This document shows positions 1 through 9,267 of a stretch of DNA of 64,000 nucleotides, one piece after another. The position numbers and the translations under genes are program-made. Under the pieces are notes generated by a model. It was not told the origin of the DNA. It did not search any database and was given only the letters and a program-made list of their open reading frames with translations. The DNA is from Vicinamibacterales bacterium (GTDB taxonomy: Bacteria; Acidobacteriota; Vicinamibacteria; Vicinamibacterales; UBA8438), in NCBI GenBank assembly GCA_965243615.1, contig CBDEVO010000003.1, positions 5,594,471-5,658,470 of the forward strand, read 5' to 3'. The first letter of the stretch is position 1. Each line of letters opens with the position of its first letter.

Positions 1-1745
1 AGGTTGGGGATGAGCATGCGGTAGTCGGGGTCCCCGGTGCCCAGGTACATGTCGAGGAACCCGTCGTTGTCGAGGTCGCCGAAGTTCGACCCCATGCCCA
101 CCATGATCCGGTCGAGGCCCACCGCCGCGGTGACGTCGGTGAACGTGCCGTCGCGGTCGTTGCGGTAGAGGCGCGGCAACTGGCCCTGGTGCGGCTGGCC
201 GAGGCGCTCGAGAACGACGTCGGCCAGCCCCCCGCTGAACCCGCTGACGAAGAGGTCCTCCCACCCGTCGTTGTCGTAGTCGAAGAACCACGTCGGAAAG
301 CTCACCGGGGGCCCCTCGACCCCCGCCTCGGCCGCCGTGTCGCGGAACGACCACGCGCCGCCGGGGCCGGGCCCCTCGTTGTGGAAGAGCAGGTTGGGCT
401 CGTCGGGGCGGAGCCGCGTCACGTAGAGATCGAGGCGGCCGTCGTTGTCGTAGTCGCCCCAGACGACGCCCTTGACGAACCCCACCACCGCCACCCCGGC
501 CTCGGCCGCGACGTCGGTGAACGTGCCGTCGCCGTTGTTGCGGAACAGGCGGGAGGGATACACCGAGCCACCGCCGGACGCCCCGGCCCCGGCACCGCCG
601 GGGGGGACCCGGGACTCGTTGCCGATGAACAGGTCGATCCACCCGTCGTTGTCGTAGTCGCCCCACGCCGCGGCCTGCGTCGGGGCCGGCATGAGCAGGC
701 CCGCCGCCTCGGTGACGTCGGTGAACGTGCCGTCGCCGTCGTTCCGCAGGAGCGAGTTCGGATGTCCGGTGTCGAGCCACGCCCCGCGCAGCACCAGCAG
801 ATCGAGGAACCCGTCGTTGTCGTAATCGGCGTGGATGACGTGGAGGCCGCTGACGAGCCCGTCGAGCCCGGCCTCGGTGGTCCGCTCCGTGAAGGTGCCG
901 TCGCCCTCGTTCCGGAAGTACCGCAACTGGTTGGCGCTCTCCCCCTCCGCCACCGCGAACAGGCCGGCCGACGACGCGACGATGTCGAGGCGCCCGTCGC
1001 CGTCGAAGTCGTCCATGACGCTGCCGCCCTTCCGGCCCGCGTCGTCGAGGCCGAGCCACCCCGCCACGTCGGGGAACCGGCCCGGGTCGTGCTCGGCGCG
1101 AAACGCCTCGGGCGGCACCAGCCACGGCTCCGGCACGTGGAACGGGTACTCGCCGACCATCATGTAGGCGAGATTGAGCAGCCATTGCGCCGCCAGCGCG
1201 GTCGAGTCGTCGGGAGGATCGCCCAGGACGCGGGCGTACTCCTCGATGGCCCGTCGCGCCGCGCCGTCGTCCGGGTGCACCGCCTCGCGGCCGACCGGCA
1301 CCGAGCAACGGGCGGCGGCGGGCCCGGAGACGCAGTTGCCCTGCATGGCCACCCGCAGGTGGGACAGGGCGAGGAGCTGCCGCACCGCGCTGACGAACGT
1401 GGGCGAGATCGACGGGTCCGCGGCCGCCTCGCGGAGGACGTCATCGAACGCTGCCGCCGCCTCTTCGCTCCGGCCGGCGTAGAGCAGGTACCGCGCGATC
1501 TCGGAGCGGTAGCGCAGGAGGTCCGACAGCGCGGCGGGCGGGGCGACCGCGCTCAGGGCCCGCGCCCGCATCGAGCCGGCGTAGGGGTTCGTCCGCGCCG
1601 CGGCGGCGGCCATCGCCTCGAGCCGCGCCACCATGGCGTCGGTGCCGGGCCGGCTCCCGTCCTGCTGCCCGGCCGCACCCTGAACCGCCGCAAGGACGAA
1701 GGCGGCAACCGCGAGCCCCGTCCCGCCGACGCCTCGCCCCGTCAT
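1..1745 (-). CDS. FG-GAP/VCBS-repeat (CRTAC1-like) secreted protein, partial (3' end beyond window edge)
   Basis: My own reverse-strand translation from ATG at 1745 (GAGGGA RBS upstream) gives MTGRGVGGTGLAVAAFVLAAVQG... It is followed by at least 6 repeats of FRNxGDGTFTDVxxxAG and GDYDNDGxxDL. It is absent from the ORF track because its stop lies left of the window. The 189..1883 + ORF is its antisense shadow. Confidence 0.75.
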   Translation of the reverse strand, partial: MTGRGVGGTGLAVAAFVLAAVQGAAGQQDGSRPGTDAMVARLEAMAAAAARTNPYAGSMRARALSAVAPPAALSDLLRYRSEIARYLLYAGRSEEAAAAFDDVLREAAADPSISPTFVSAVRQLLALSHLRVAMQGNCVSGPAAARCSVPVGREAVHPDDGAARRAIEEYARVLGDPPDDSTALAAQWLLNLAYMMVGEYPFHVPEPWLVPPEAFRAEHDPGRFPDVAGWLGLDDAGRKGGSVMDDFDGDGRLDIVASSAGLFAVAEGESANQLRYFRNEGDGTFTERTTEAGLDGLVSGLHVIHADYDNDGFLDLLVLRGAWLDTGHPNSLLRNDGDGTFTDVTEAAGLLMPAPTQAAAWGDYDNDGWIDLFIGNESRVPPGGAGAGASGGGSVYPSRLFRNNGDGTFTDVAAEAGVAVVGFVKGVVWGDYDNDGRLDLYVTRLRPDEPNLLFHNEGPGPGGAWSFRDTAAEAGVEGPPVSFPTWFFDYDNDGWEDLFVSGFSGGLADVVLERLGQPHQGQLPRLYRNDRDGTFTDVTAAVGLDRIMVGMGSNFGDLDNDGFLDMYLGTGDPDYRMLIPN

Positions 1746-1762
1746 TCGTCCCTCACCACCCG

Positions 1763-3121
1763 TCACCGCAGCCGCGCCCGCAGGCCGGTCAACTGCGGAT
1801 GGCCGGGGAGAATCGAGAGCGCCTCGCCGAGCCGCTCCCGCGCGTCCTCGACGCGGCCGAGGCCGGCGAGGGCCATCACGTAACCCGTCCACGCGTCCGC
1901 GAACCGCGGATCCGCCACCACCACCTGACGGTAGTGGGCGAGGGCCGCCTCCGCCCGCCCCGTCACCCGCAACGCGTCGGCGAGGCCGACCCGCGCCTCA
2001 AGATAGTCGGGCTGATGCTCCACCGCATCCCCGAACCGCTCCGCCGCCTCGGGATGGCGGCCATCGATCATCGCGATCATGCCGAGGCCGAAGTGCGCCC
2101 TCGCGAAGTCCGGAGATCGGCGGATGGTCTCCTCGAACTGTTCCACGGCGCCCCCCGGGTCCCCCGCCATCATCAAGGCCGTGCCCAGCCGGTGCCGCAG
2201 GGCGGGGTCGTCCGGGGCCAGCTCCAGCCCCCGGCGAAACAGGTCCTCCGCCGCCGCCAGCTCGCCGTTCTGCAGGGCCCGCATCCCGCGCGTCTCGTAG
2301 GTGAGCGCGCTTTCCAGCACCTCCGAATAGGCGTCCATCAGCGGATCCGGCACCGCCGCGACGCCGCCGCCGCGCCGGCGCAGGTGCGCCTGGGCCGCGC
2401 CGAGGTCGCCGAGCTGCCGATAGGCCATCGCCAGCGGATAGTGCAGGCTCGTCGCCCGCTCGTCGGCGGACAGCGCACGCGTCAGGTAGTCCGTCGCGCG
2501 CGCCGCCTCCCCCTTCGCCAGTGCCGCGCGCCCCATGCCCGCGAGCGCCGGAGCCAGGGCGGAATCGAGGGTCAGCGCCCGCATGAACGCCTCCTCGGCC
2601 GCATCGGGCCGGCTCTGGTCGAGCAGGGTGTCGCCGAGCCGGACCAGCGCGGCCGGATCCGTCGGCCGCAGCTCGTGCGCGCGCGCGAAGAGCCCGGCCG
2701 CCGCCGCCCGGTCGCCCTCGACGGCGTGGAGATGGCCGAGATAGTACGGCCAGCGCACCTCGTCGGGCGCGAGGTCCATCGCACTCGCGAAGCAGTCGGC
2801 GGCGGCGTCGTGGTACTCGGTGGCCATCAGCACGAGCCCGAGGTCGCCGAAGGCGCCGGCGAGCTCGACCGGCGGCGTGCCGGGCTCGGCAAGCCTCGCG
2901 GCGAGGCGCTCGTGACGCTCACGCACCTGACGCTGCACCGAAACGGCGACGCCGGAGAGGTCCGGCAGGGCGATCGGCTGCCGCGGGCCGCCCGCCCGCA
3001 TCGCGCGCCCGTCACCCGGCAGACGCGATACCAGGGCGCTCTCCTCCGGCGCAGCGGCGCAACCGGCCGCGAAAGCCGCTGCGCATGCCAGCAACGCGGT
3101 CCCGGTCCGGTGTCCCGTCAT
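1763..3121 (-). CDS. TPR-repeat lipoprotein
   Basis: 452-aa ORF. The N-terminus MTGHRTGTALLACAAAFAAGCAA is lipobox-like and the body is made of repeated TPR-like helices. It is tightly packed between two FG-GAP genes (1-nt and 17-nt gaps), which suggests an operon. Confidence 0.75.
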   Translation of the reverse strand: MTGHRTGTALLACAAAFAAGCAAAPEESALVSRLPGDGRAMRAGGPRQPIALPDLSGVAVSVQRQVRERHERLAARLAEPGTPPVELAGAFGDLGLVLMATEYHDAAADCFASAMDLAPDEVRWPYYLGHLHAVEGDRAAAAGLFARAHELRPTDPAALVRLGDTLLDQSRPDAAEEAFMRALTLDSALAPALAGMGRAALAKGEAARATDYLTRALSADERATSLHYPLAMAYRQLGDLGAAQAHLRRRGGGVAAVPDPLMDAYSEVLESALTYETRGMRALQNGELAAAEDLFRRGLELAPDDPALRHRLGTALMMAGDPGGAVEQFEETIRRSPDFARAHFGLGMIAMIDGRHPEAAERFGDAVEHQPDYLEARVGLADALRVTGRAEAALAHYRQVVVADPRFADAWTGYVMALAGLGRVEDARERLGEALSILPGHPQLTGLRARLR

Positions 3122-3122
3122 G

Positions 3123-4979
3123 TCAGCCGCCCTCGCCTTCCCGCAGCGTCGTGTAGCGGCCGGGAGGCACGTTGCGCCACGTCTCCGTGCTCCCGCTCGG
3201 CCACGTGACCCGCACCTCGACCGGAGCCGGCGACGCCCCGAGCCCGACCAGGACGCGCGGATCCTGCGCGGAGGCGTAGCTGCCGTCGGAGCGTGCGCGG
3301 CGCCACACCCGCGAGCCGTCCTCGAGCACCACCTCGACCCGGGCGCCGATCATGTCCCGCGGCGCATCGCCGCCGACGAGCCGCAGGCCCACCCACCGGT
3401 TGTCCTCGCCGATTCGGTTCACGAGCAGCCGCACCGGGCCGGCCCCGTTGCCGACCAGCACGTCGACATCGCCGTCGTTGTCGACGTCGCCGAACGCCGC
3501 GCCCCGGCTCACCTCCGACAAGCGGAACACCTCGCCGGCGCGGTCCGTCACGTCCTCAAAGCGCCCGTCGCCCCGGTTGCGGAACAACAGGTTGCGCTGC
3601 TGCAGCGGAAACGGGTTGTCCGGCCCCAGCGCGTCCATGTCGCGGGTGACGTGGCCGTTGACCGAGAACAGATCCAGCCAGCCGTCGTTGTCGAAGTCGA
3701 ACCACGCGGTCCCGAAACCGGTATAGGGCAGGCTGGGCAGGCGTATGAACGCCTGCATGCTCCGCTCCTCGAACAGGCCGGAACCGTCGTTGACGTAGAG
3801 GGTGCTGCCCTGACCGATGAGCTCGGTGACGAACAGATCCTCGTCACCGTCGTTGTCGAAGTCGCCGGCATCGACCCCCATGTCCGCCTTGGCTTCGCCG
3901 CCCGCCCCCAACGCTGCCCCCCACAATGGGGCCCGGTTGACGAAGGTGCCGTCGCGCCGGTTGATCCACAGTTGGTTCTCCTGCTGATCGTTGGCGACGA
4001 AGATGTCCATCCAGCCGTCGTTGTCGAAGTCCGCCGTCGACACCCCGAGGGCCGGGCCGAACTCATGGGCGACGCCGGCCTCCGCCGTCACGTCGGCGAA
4101 GGTGCCGTCGCCGCGATTGCGATACAGGCGATCCGGCTGGGCGCGATAGACCTCGGGCGGGCAGTAGTCCGGCGGTCCCGAGCGGTTGAAGCACGGGATG
4201 TGGGTGTCGAGGCTGAAGCTCAGGTAGTTGCCGACGAAGAGGTCCAGCCACCCGTCGCGATCGTAGTCGAGGAAGGAGGCCGACACCCCCCAACGATCGG
4301 GAGCGTGGGTGCCGCTCTCTTCGGACACGTCCGAGAACGTCCCGTCGCCGTTGTTCCGGAACATCCGGTTGCGCTCGAACCCCGTCAGATAGAGGTCGAC
4401 CCAGCCGTCGTTGTCGTAGTCGCCGGCCGCGACCCCCATGCCGTGCCCCCCCGCGTGCAGCCCGCTCCCGGCCGACACGTCCGTGAACCGCAGCCGGGGG
4501 CCGTCCGGCGACGGCTCGAGATCGTTGCGGTAGAGGCGGTCGGTGAGCGGGCCCTCCGGCCGGGGGATCAGCGGGGTGCCGCTTCCCAGCGTGCGCCCCT
4601 GCGCCACGTAGGCGTCGAGATCGCCGTCGTTGTCGTAGTCGAGCAACGCCACGCCGGGGCCCATGATCTCGGTCTGATGGAAGTCGCCCGTCATGCCGTT
4701 GAAGTGCACGAAGTCGAGCCCCGCCGCCGCGCCCTCCGTGAACCACTCGCCGGGAGCGGGACCGACGACGCCGTCCGCTTCCGCCGGCGCCCCGCCGGCG
4801 GTGGAGTCCGACGGAGGGGCGCAGCTTCCCGCCACGCACGCCGCCGCCAGGCACAACAGCCGCGCGACGGCAGCGGTACGGGTCGATTGTCGGAGCGTCA
4901 CGAGTGTCGCACCCACGTCGGACGAGCAGGAATCACGGGCCAAGGGCCGATTATCCCACCGCCGGCCGGACCCCTGCAA
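3123..4979 (-). CDS. CRTAC1-family protein (FG-GAP repeats + ASPIC/UnbV C-terminal domain)
   Basis: 618-aa ORF with repeated DYDNDGxxD / FRNxGDGTFxDV motifs. The C-terminus WVGLRLVGG..RDMIGARVEV...SYASAQDPRVLVGLG is typical of ASPIC/UnbV. A lipoprotein-like LLCLAAACVAGSC is present. The true start may be an internal GTG near 4900. Confidence 0.85.
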   Translation of the reverse strand: MQGSGRRWDNRPLARDSCSSDVGATLVTLRQSTRTAAVARLLCLAAACVAGSCAPPSDSTAGGAPAEADGVVGPAPGEWFTEGAAAGLDFVHFNGMTGDFHQTEIMGPGVALLDYDNDGDLDAYVAQGRTLGSGTPLIPRPEGPLTDRLYRNDLEPSPDGPRLRFTDVSAGSGLHAGGHGMGVAAGDYDNDGWVDLYLTGFERNRMFRNNGDGTFSDVSEESGTHAPDRWGVSASFLDYDRDGWLDLFVGNYLSFSLDTHIPCFNRSGPPDYCPPEVYRAQPDRLYRNRGDGTFADVTAEAGVAHEFGPALGVSTADFDNDGWMDIFVANDQQENQLWINRRDGTFVNRAPLWGAALGAGGEAKADMGVDAGDFDNDGDEDLFVTELIGQGSTLYVNDGSGLFEERSMQAFIRLPSLPYTGFGTAWFDFDNDGWLDLFSVNGHVTRDMDALGPDNPFPLQQRNLLFRNRGDGRFEDVTDRAGEVFRLSEVSRGAAFGDVDNDGDVDVLVGNGAGPVRLLVNRIGEDNRWVGLRLVGGDAPRDMIGARVEVVLEDGSRVWRRARSDGSYASAQDPRVLVGLGASPAPVEVRVTWPSGSTETWRNVPPGRYTTLREGEGG

Positions 4980-5096
4980 TCAGGCCCGCGGCGGCGGTGG
5001 GTCGGGTTGCAGGACGGGAGAGGGAACGGCCCGGCGGCGGCGTGCCCGCGGCCACCGGCCGGCGGTCCTGTAACATGAGAAGCACAGGAGGCGGAC

Positions 5097-6383
5097 TTGA
5101 CCACGACGACGCTCGACCGTTGCGATTTGGAGGCCCTGCGTGCCCGCGAAAGGGAGTTGACCGCCGCTCACGACGAATTCCGCTCCGCCCGCCTCGCCCT
5201 GGACCTGACCCGCGGCAAGCCGAGCCCGGCCCAGCTCGCACTGTCCGACGACCTCGACGCGGAGAGCGGGCCGTTCACGGCCGCCGACGGGACCGACGTC
5301 CGGAACTACGGCGGACTCGACGGCCTGCCGGAGGCCCGGCAACTGGGCGCGGAATGGCTCGGCGTGCGTCCCGACGAGGTGATTGCCGGCGGCAACAGCA
5401 GCCTCACCCTGATGTACCTGTACCTGCTGAACGCGTGGCTTCACGGTCCGGCCGGGCCGGACGGCGCATGGAGAAGGTCCGGAACGGCGCGGTTTCTCTG
5501 TCCGGTGCCCGGGTACGACCGCCACTTCGCGATTCTCGAGGATCTCGGCATCGAGATGGTCAACGTGCCGATGCGGGACGACGGCCCCGACATGGATCAG
5601 GTCGAGGCGTGCGTGCGCTCCGACGCCTCCATCCGGGGCATCTGGTGCGTGCCGAAGTACTCCAATCCCGGCGGGCAGGTCTATTCGGAGGCCACCGTGG
5701 ACCGGCTCGCCAGACTCGCCGCCGTCGCCGGCCCGCACTTCCGCATCCTGTGCGACAACGCCTATGCCGTCCACGATCTCGACGACGAGCCGCCGCCGCT
5801 GGCCAACGTCATGGACGCGTGCCGGCGCCACGGCACGGAAGACAGCCTGGTGCTCTTCGCGTCGACTTCCAAGGTCACGCGCGCCGGCGCCGGCATCAGC
5901 TTCATGGGCGGTTCACCGGCCACCCTCGGCTGGTTTCGGCGTCGGATGCAGGTGTTGACCATCGGACCGGACAAGGTCAACCAGTTGCGGCACGTCCGGT
6001 TCCTGCGCGACATGGATCACGTGCGCGTGCACATGCGGAAGCACGCTTCGATCCTCCGCCCCAAGTTCGGGCTGGTGTTCCGACGGCTGTCGGAGGCATT
6101 GGACGGAACCGGGACCGGTTCCTGGACGAGGCCGCGCGGAGGCTATTTTCTTTCGTTCGACGCCCGTCCCGGCCTCGCCGGCGAGATCGTTCGCCTCGCG
6201 GCCCGCGCCGGCGTGAAGCTCACCCCGGCCGGAGCCACTTTTCCCTATGGGCGGGATCCCGACGATTCCAACATTCGGCTCGCGCCGACGTTTCCGGAAC
6301 TCGCCGATCTCGATCAGGCGATGCGGGTATTCGTGGCGTGCGTCGAGCTCGCCTCGGTGAGACAGGCACTGGATAGCCGGTAG
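5097..6383 (+). CDS. PLP-dependent aminotransferase (class I/II fold)
   Basis: 428-aa ORF. It has a TSKVTRAGAGISF segment with a PLP-lysine-like context and conserved NPGG and NAY motifs. Overall it resembles aspartate/aromatic-type aminotransferases. Confidence 0.8.
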   Translation: MTTTTLDRCDLEALRARERELTAAHDEFRSARLALDLTRGKPSPAQLALSDDLDAESGPFTAADGTDVRNYGGLDGLPEARQLGAEWLGVRPDEVIAGGNSSLTLMYLYLLNAWLHGPAGPDGAWRRSGTARFLCPVPGYDRHFAILEDLGIEMVNVPMRDDGPDMDQVEACVRSDASIRGIWCVPKYSNPGGQVYSEATVDRLARLAAVAGPHFRILCDNAYAVHDLDDEPPPLANVMDACRRHGTEDSLVLFASTSKVTRAGAGISFMGGSPATLGWFRRRMQVLTIGPDKVNQLRHVRFLRDMDHVRVHMRKHASILRPKFGLVFRRLSEALDGTGTGSWTRPRGGYFLSFDARPGLAGEIVRLAARAGVKLTPAGATFPYGRDPDDSNIRLAPTFPELADLDQAMRVFVACVELASVRQALDSR

Positions 6384-6449
6384 CACGCGTGCGCCGCTCG
6401 CGCGGAGCCATCAGGCCCAGCGGCGGAATCGGAGCGGCAGGGAACCCCC

Positions 6450-6472
6450 GGGGGACGCCTCCACCGTCCCCC
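6450..6472. terminator. GC hairpin between convergent genes (possible bidirectional terminator, no U-run)
   Basis: GGGGGACG-N7-CGTCCCCC is a perfect 8-bp stem. It lies between the aminotransferase stop (6383) and the stop of the small minus-strand gene (6503). Confidence 0.25.
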
Positions 6473-6502
6473 CTGGAAGGCGTTCCTGAAGCCAGCCGAG
6501 AA

Positions 6503-6814
6503 CTACTTCCCGGCCTTTTTTCTCCGGGCCGCCCAATACGCGGTCATCCGCTCGGACACCGCCTTCTTTTCTTCGGCCGTCATCTGACGGCGCTTTCTCC
6601 TCGGCTTGGCCGCGGGCGCGGCATCCGCGGCCGGGGCCGGGGCCGGGGCGGGAGCCGCCGGCTTCCTCGGCGAAGAGGACCGCCGGGCTCTCCGCCTGGG
6701 TTGCGGGGCAGAGTCTCCCAGCATCTTCTCGACATCGCTCAACGCCTTGATCTCGGCCTGCAGGCGCTCGATCTGACTCTGCCGCTCGGCAATTGCGTCG
6801 GTTATGACACTCAT
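6503..6814 (-). CDS. small basic coiled-coil protein (possible nucleoid-associated/DNA-binding), 103 aa
   Basis: This is the C-terminal part of track ORF 6503..7621, starting at ATG 6814. The sequence is MSVITDAIAERQSQIERLQAEIKAL (coiled coil), then an AP-rich linker, then the basic tail KPRRKRRQMTAEEKKAVSERMTAYWAARRKKAGK. The upstream part of the long ORF runs through the tRNA and is not coding. Confidence 0.55.
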   Translation of the reverse strand: MSVITDAIAERQSQIERLQAEIKALSDVEKMLGDSAPQPRRRARRSSSPRKPAAPAPAPAPAADAAPAAKPRRKRRQMTAEEKKAVSERMTAYWAARRKKAGK

Positions 6815-6968
6815 GAGGCTAGAGAATAGTGGCACACAACACGGATTGTCAAACGCATTTGCGGTCGGCGGCGAACGGGACACGGGCGGACAGCCCCGTG
6901 CCGCGAGAACGGAACGGGTGGGAAACCGCCGTGTGTGTGGTAACTTAGTCTCGTGCCGCGGCGGCCGT

Positions 6969-7045
6969 CGGGGCGTGGCGCAGCCTGGTAGCGCGCCTGC
7001 TTTGGGAGCAGGAGGCCCCCGGTTCGAACCCGGGCGCCCCGACCA
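6969..7045 (+). tRNA. tRNA-Pro: tRNA-Pro (anticodon UGG), CCA encoded
   Basis: Manual cloverleaf: acceptor CGGGGCG/CGCCCCG, D stem GCGC/GCGC, anticodon stem CCTGC/GCAGG with loop TTTGGGA (TGG at positions 34-36, G37), T stem CCCGG/CCGGG with loop TTCGAAC, discriminator A, then CCA. Total 77 nt. Confidence 0.92.
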
Positions 7046-7088
7046 GTTTTCGACCGCCGCACTCCGCTCGGCGCCCAACCAACCCGCC

Positions 7089-7119
7089 GGAGTCCGCGCC
7101 GCTGCACCGCGCAGACCCC
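7089..7119. repeat. degenerate copy of the GGAGTCYGCGCC-N7-GGCGCRGACTCC palindromic repeat family
   Basis: The sequence is GGAGTCCGCGCC GCTGCAC CGCGCAGACCCC. The left arm is identical to the family consensus and the right arm matches 9 of 12. It lies immediately 3' of the last ilv-operon gene. Confidence 0.4.
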
Positions 7120-7614
7120 CTACCCGAAGAACGCCGCGCCGTGCCACGAATCGGAGGCCGGCAGCTCCCATCGGCCGGCCCGGACCTGCTCGACCTTCGT
7201 CAGCGTATTGTCGAAGACCACCGTCCGCGGACCCACGTCGCCGCTTTCGGCCAGATCGGCGAACCGCTCCCGGGACACTCTGGCGATGCCGGCCTCGTCG
7301 CGATAGAGCACCGGCGCATGGTTCACGAGCTCGACGCCCAGGTCGGCCTGCAGCACCTTCATGCGTCGCACGAGGGCGTCGACGGAGCAGCCGGACGCGC
7401 CGGCCGCCCGCTCGTCGACGGCCACGAAGATGAACTGCTCGTACCGCACGTCGCGGGCCGCCCTCAGGGGAACGTCGTGGGCGGTCCACTGGTCGATGAA
7501 GGCGTCCACCTCGCGGGTCACGCGGGTGCGCTCGCCGGCGACCAACGGACGCTCGGCCGCGAAGATCCACAGGCGCGCTTCCGGCGGCAGCTCGTCGAAG
7601 GTGACTCGTGGCAT
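7120..7614 (-). CDS. conserved hypothetical protein (last gene of ilv operon)
   Basis: 164-aa ORF with normal amino-acid composition (W, F, Y, D, E all present), lying 10 nt downstream of ilvC on the same strand. I could not assign a family with confidence. Confidence 0.6.
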   Translation of the reverse strand: MPRVTFDELPPEARLWIFAAERPLVAGERTRVTREVDAFIDQWTAHDVPLRAARDVRYEQFIFVAVDERAAGASGCSVDALVRRMKVLQADLGVELVNHAPVLYRDEAGIARVSRERFADLAESGDVGPRTVVFDNTLTKVEQVRAGRWELPASDSWHGAAFFG

Positions 7615-7624
7615 GTGGCAACTC

Positions 7625-8638
7625 CTAGACTGGCTCCTTCACCGTGACCGCGTCGAGGAACGGCATCATCCCCCTGAGCTCGGCCCCTACCTTCTCGATC
7701 CGGTGCTCCTGCTCGGCCCGCCGCTGCGCCATGAACCAGGGCCGGCCGGCCTTGTCCTCGGCGATCCACTTGTCGGCGTAGACCCCGTCCTGGATGTCCT
7801 TCAGGATGCCCCGCATCGCCTCGCGGGTGGCGTCGGTCACGACCCGCGGGCCGCCGGTGTAGTCGCCGTGCTCGGCGGTGTCGCTGACCGAGTAGCGCAT
7901 GTAGTTGAGGCCGCCCCGGTAGATGAGGTCCACGATGAGCTTCAGCTCGTGCATGCACTCGAAGTATGCCACCTCCGGCTGGTAGCCGGCCTCCACCAGC
8001 GTCTCGAAGCTCGCCTTGATGAGCGCGCTGACCCCTCCGCAGAGGACCGTCTGCTCGCCGAACAGGTCGGTCTCGGTCTCCTCCGCGAACGTCGTCTCGA
8101 TGACGCCGGCCCTCGTGAGACCGAGGCCCTTCGCATAGGACAGGGCCAGGGGCTGCGCGCTCCCCGTCGCATCCTGCTCGACCGCGACCAGGGCCGGCGT
8201 GCCCCCGCCCTCGAGGAAGACCTCGCGTACGCGGTGACCCGGGGCCTTGGGCGCGATCAGCGTGACGTCGACGTCGGACGGCGGGGTGATGGTCTTGAAC
8301 CGGATGTTGAAGCCGTGGGCGAACATCAGCATGTCGCCCGGCGCGAGATTGGAAGCGATGGACTGATCATAGATGGCCCGCTGCTTCGTATCGGGCGCGA
8401 GGATCATGACCACGTCGGCCCACGCCGCCGCCTCGGCGCCGCTCTTCACGGTCAGCCCGTCCGCTTCCGCGCGGGCGCGGGAGCGGCTGCCCTCCGCCAG
8501 CGCCACCTGCACCGGAACCCCGCTGTCCTTCAGGTTCAGCGCATGCGCATGCCCCTGGGAGCCGTAGCCGAAGACGGCGACCTTCCTGCCCTGAATGAGA
8601 GAGAGATCCGCCGAGTCGTCGTAGTGAATCGTTGCCAT
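7625..8638 (-). CDS. ilvC: ketol-acid reductoisomerase
   Basis: 337 aa. Motifs: [40 protein letters not shown] (NADP Rossmann motif), then LMFAHGFNI and [11 protein letters not shown]. Confidence 0.96.
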   Translation of the reverse strand: MATIHYDDSADLSLIQGRKVAVFGYGSQGHAHALNLKDSGVPVQVALAEGSRSRARAEADGLTVKSGAEAAAWADVVMILAPDTKQRAIYDQSIASNLAPGDMLMFAHGFNIRFKTITPPSDVDVTLIAPKAPGHRVREVFLEGGGTPALVAVEQDATGSAQPLALSYAKGLGLTRAGVIETTFAEETETDLFGEQTVLCGGVSALIKASFETLVEAGYQPEVAYFECMHELKLIVDLIYRGGLNYMRYSVSDTAEHGDYTGGPRVVTDATREAMRGILKDIQDGVYADKWIAEDKAGRPWFMAQRRAEQEHRIEKVGAELRGMMPFLDAVTVKEPV

Positions 8639-8704
8639 TCTGATTTCCGCCTCGTCAGTCGGGATGTTCCCGAGGGCTTCGGGATGGGGCTTCGGCTTGC
8701 GCCG

Positions 8705-9253
8705 TTACACGGAATAGGAAACCTGATCGCCGGCCTCGACCTCGGCGGGGGCGTCGACGGGCTCCGTCGCCACGCTCTGCTGCCCTCGCGCCATGGCCAC
8801 GCGCCCGGTCCGCACTATCTCGAGCACGCCGTAGGGCTGCAGGACACCCAGCAGCCCGTCGATCTTGTCCTCGGTGCCGGTCGCCTCGACAATCAGGGAG
8901 TCGGGCGCCACGTCGACGACGCGGCCTCGAAACGTATCCACGATCTGCATCACCTGCGTGCGGGTCTCCTGGTTCGCCTCGACCCTGATGAGGGTGAGGT
9001 CCCGGATGACGGCCGCGTCGCCGGTCAGGTCCGTCACCCGCAGAACGTTCACGAGCTTGTACAGGTTCGCTTCGAGCCGCCTCGCGCCGTTGTCGTCGGT
9101 ATCGACGACGATCGTCATGCGGGACACGCCGGCGACCTCGGTGCGGCCCACCGTCAGCGACTCGATGTTGAACGCGCGGCGGCGAAACAGCGACGCCACC
9201 CGGTTCAGGACTCCCGGCTTGTCCTCGACGTGCACGACAAAGGTACGTCGCAT
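8705..9253 (-). CDS. ilvN: acetolactate synthase small (regulatory) subunit
   Basis: 182 aa from ATG 9253. MRRTFVVHVEDKPGVLNRVASLFRRRAFNIESLTVG is an ACT domain. The longer track ORF 8705..9802 overlaps ilvB out of frame. Confidence 0.9.
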   Translation of the reverse strand: MRRTFVVHVEDKPGVLNRVASLFRRRAFNIESLTVGRTEVAGVSRMTIVVDTDDNGARRLEANLYKLVNVLRVTDLTGDAAVIRDLTLIRVEANQETRTQVMQIVDTFRGRVVDVAPDSLIVEATGTEDKIDGLLGVLQPYGVLEIVRTGRVAMARGQQSVATEPVDAPAEVEAGDQVSYSV

Positions 9254-9267
9254 GGTCCTGTCAGATC

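Noticed and set aside
189-1883. 564-aa + strand ORF
   Set aside because: It is an Arg/Pro/Gly/Val-rich antisense shadow of the real minus-strand FG-GAP gene. It has no motifs and spans the intergenic junction at 1745-1763.
3120-5078. 652-aa + strand ORF, plus several nested ORFs
   Set aside because: It is antisense to the well-supported CRTAC1-family gene, and its composition is typical of high-GC shadow frames.
6815-7621. Upstream part of the 372-aa minus ORF 6503..7621
   Set aside because: It runs straight through the tRNA-Pro gene and overlaps the 7120..7614 gene out of frame. Only the last 103 codons look coding.
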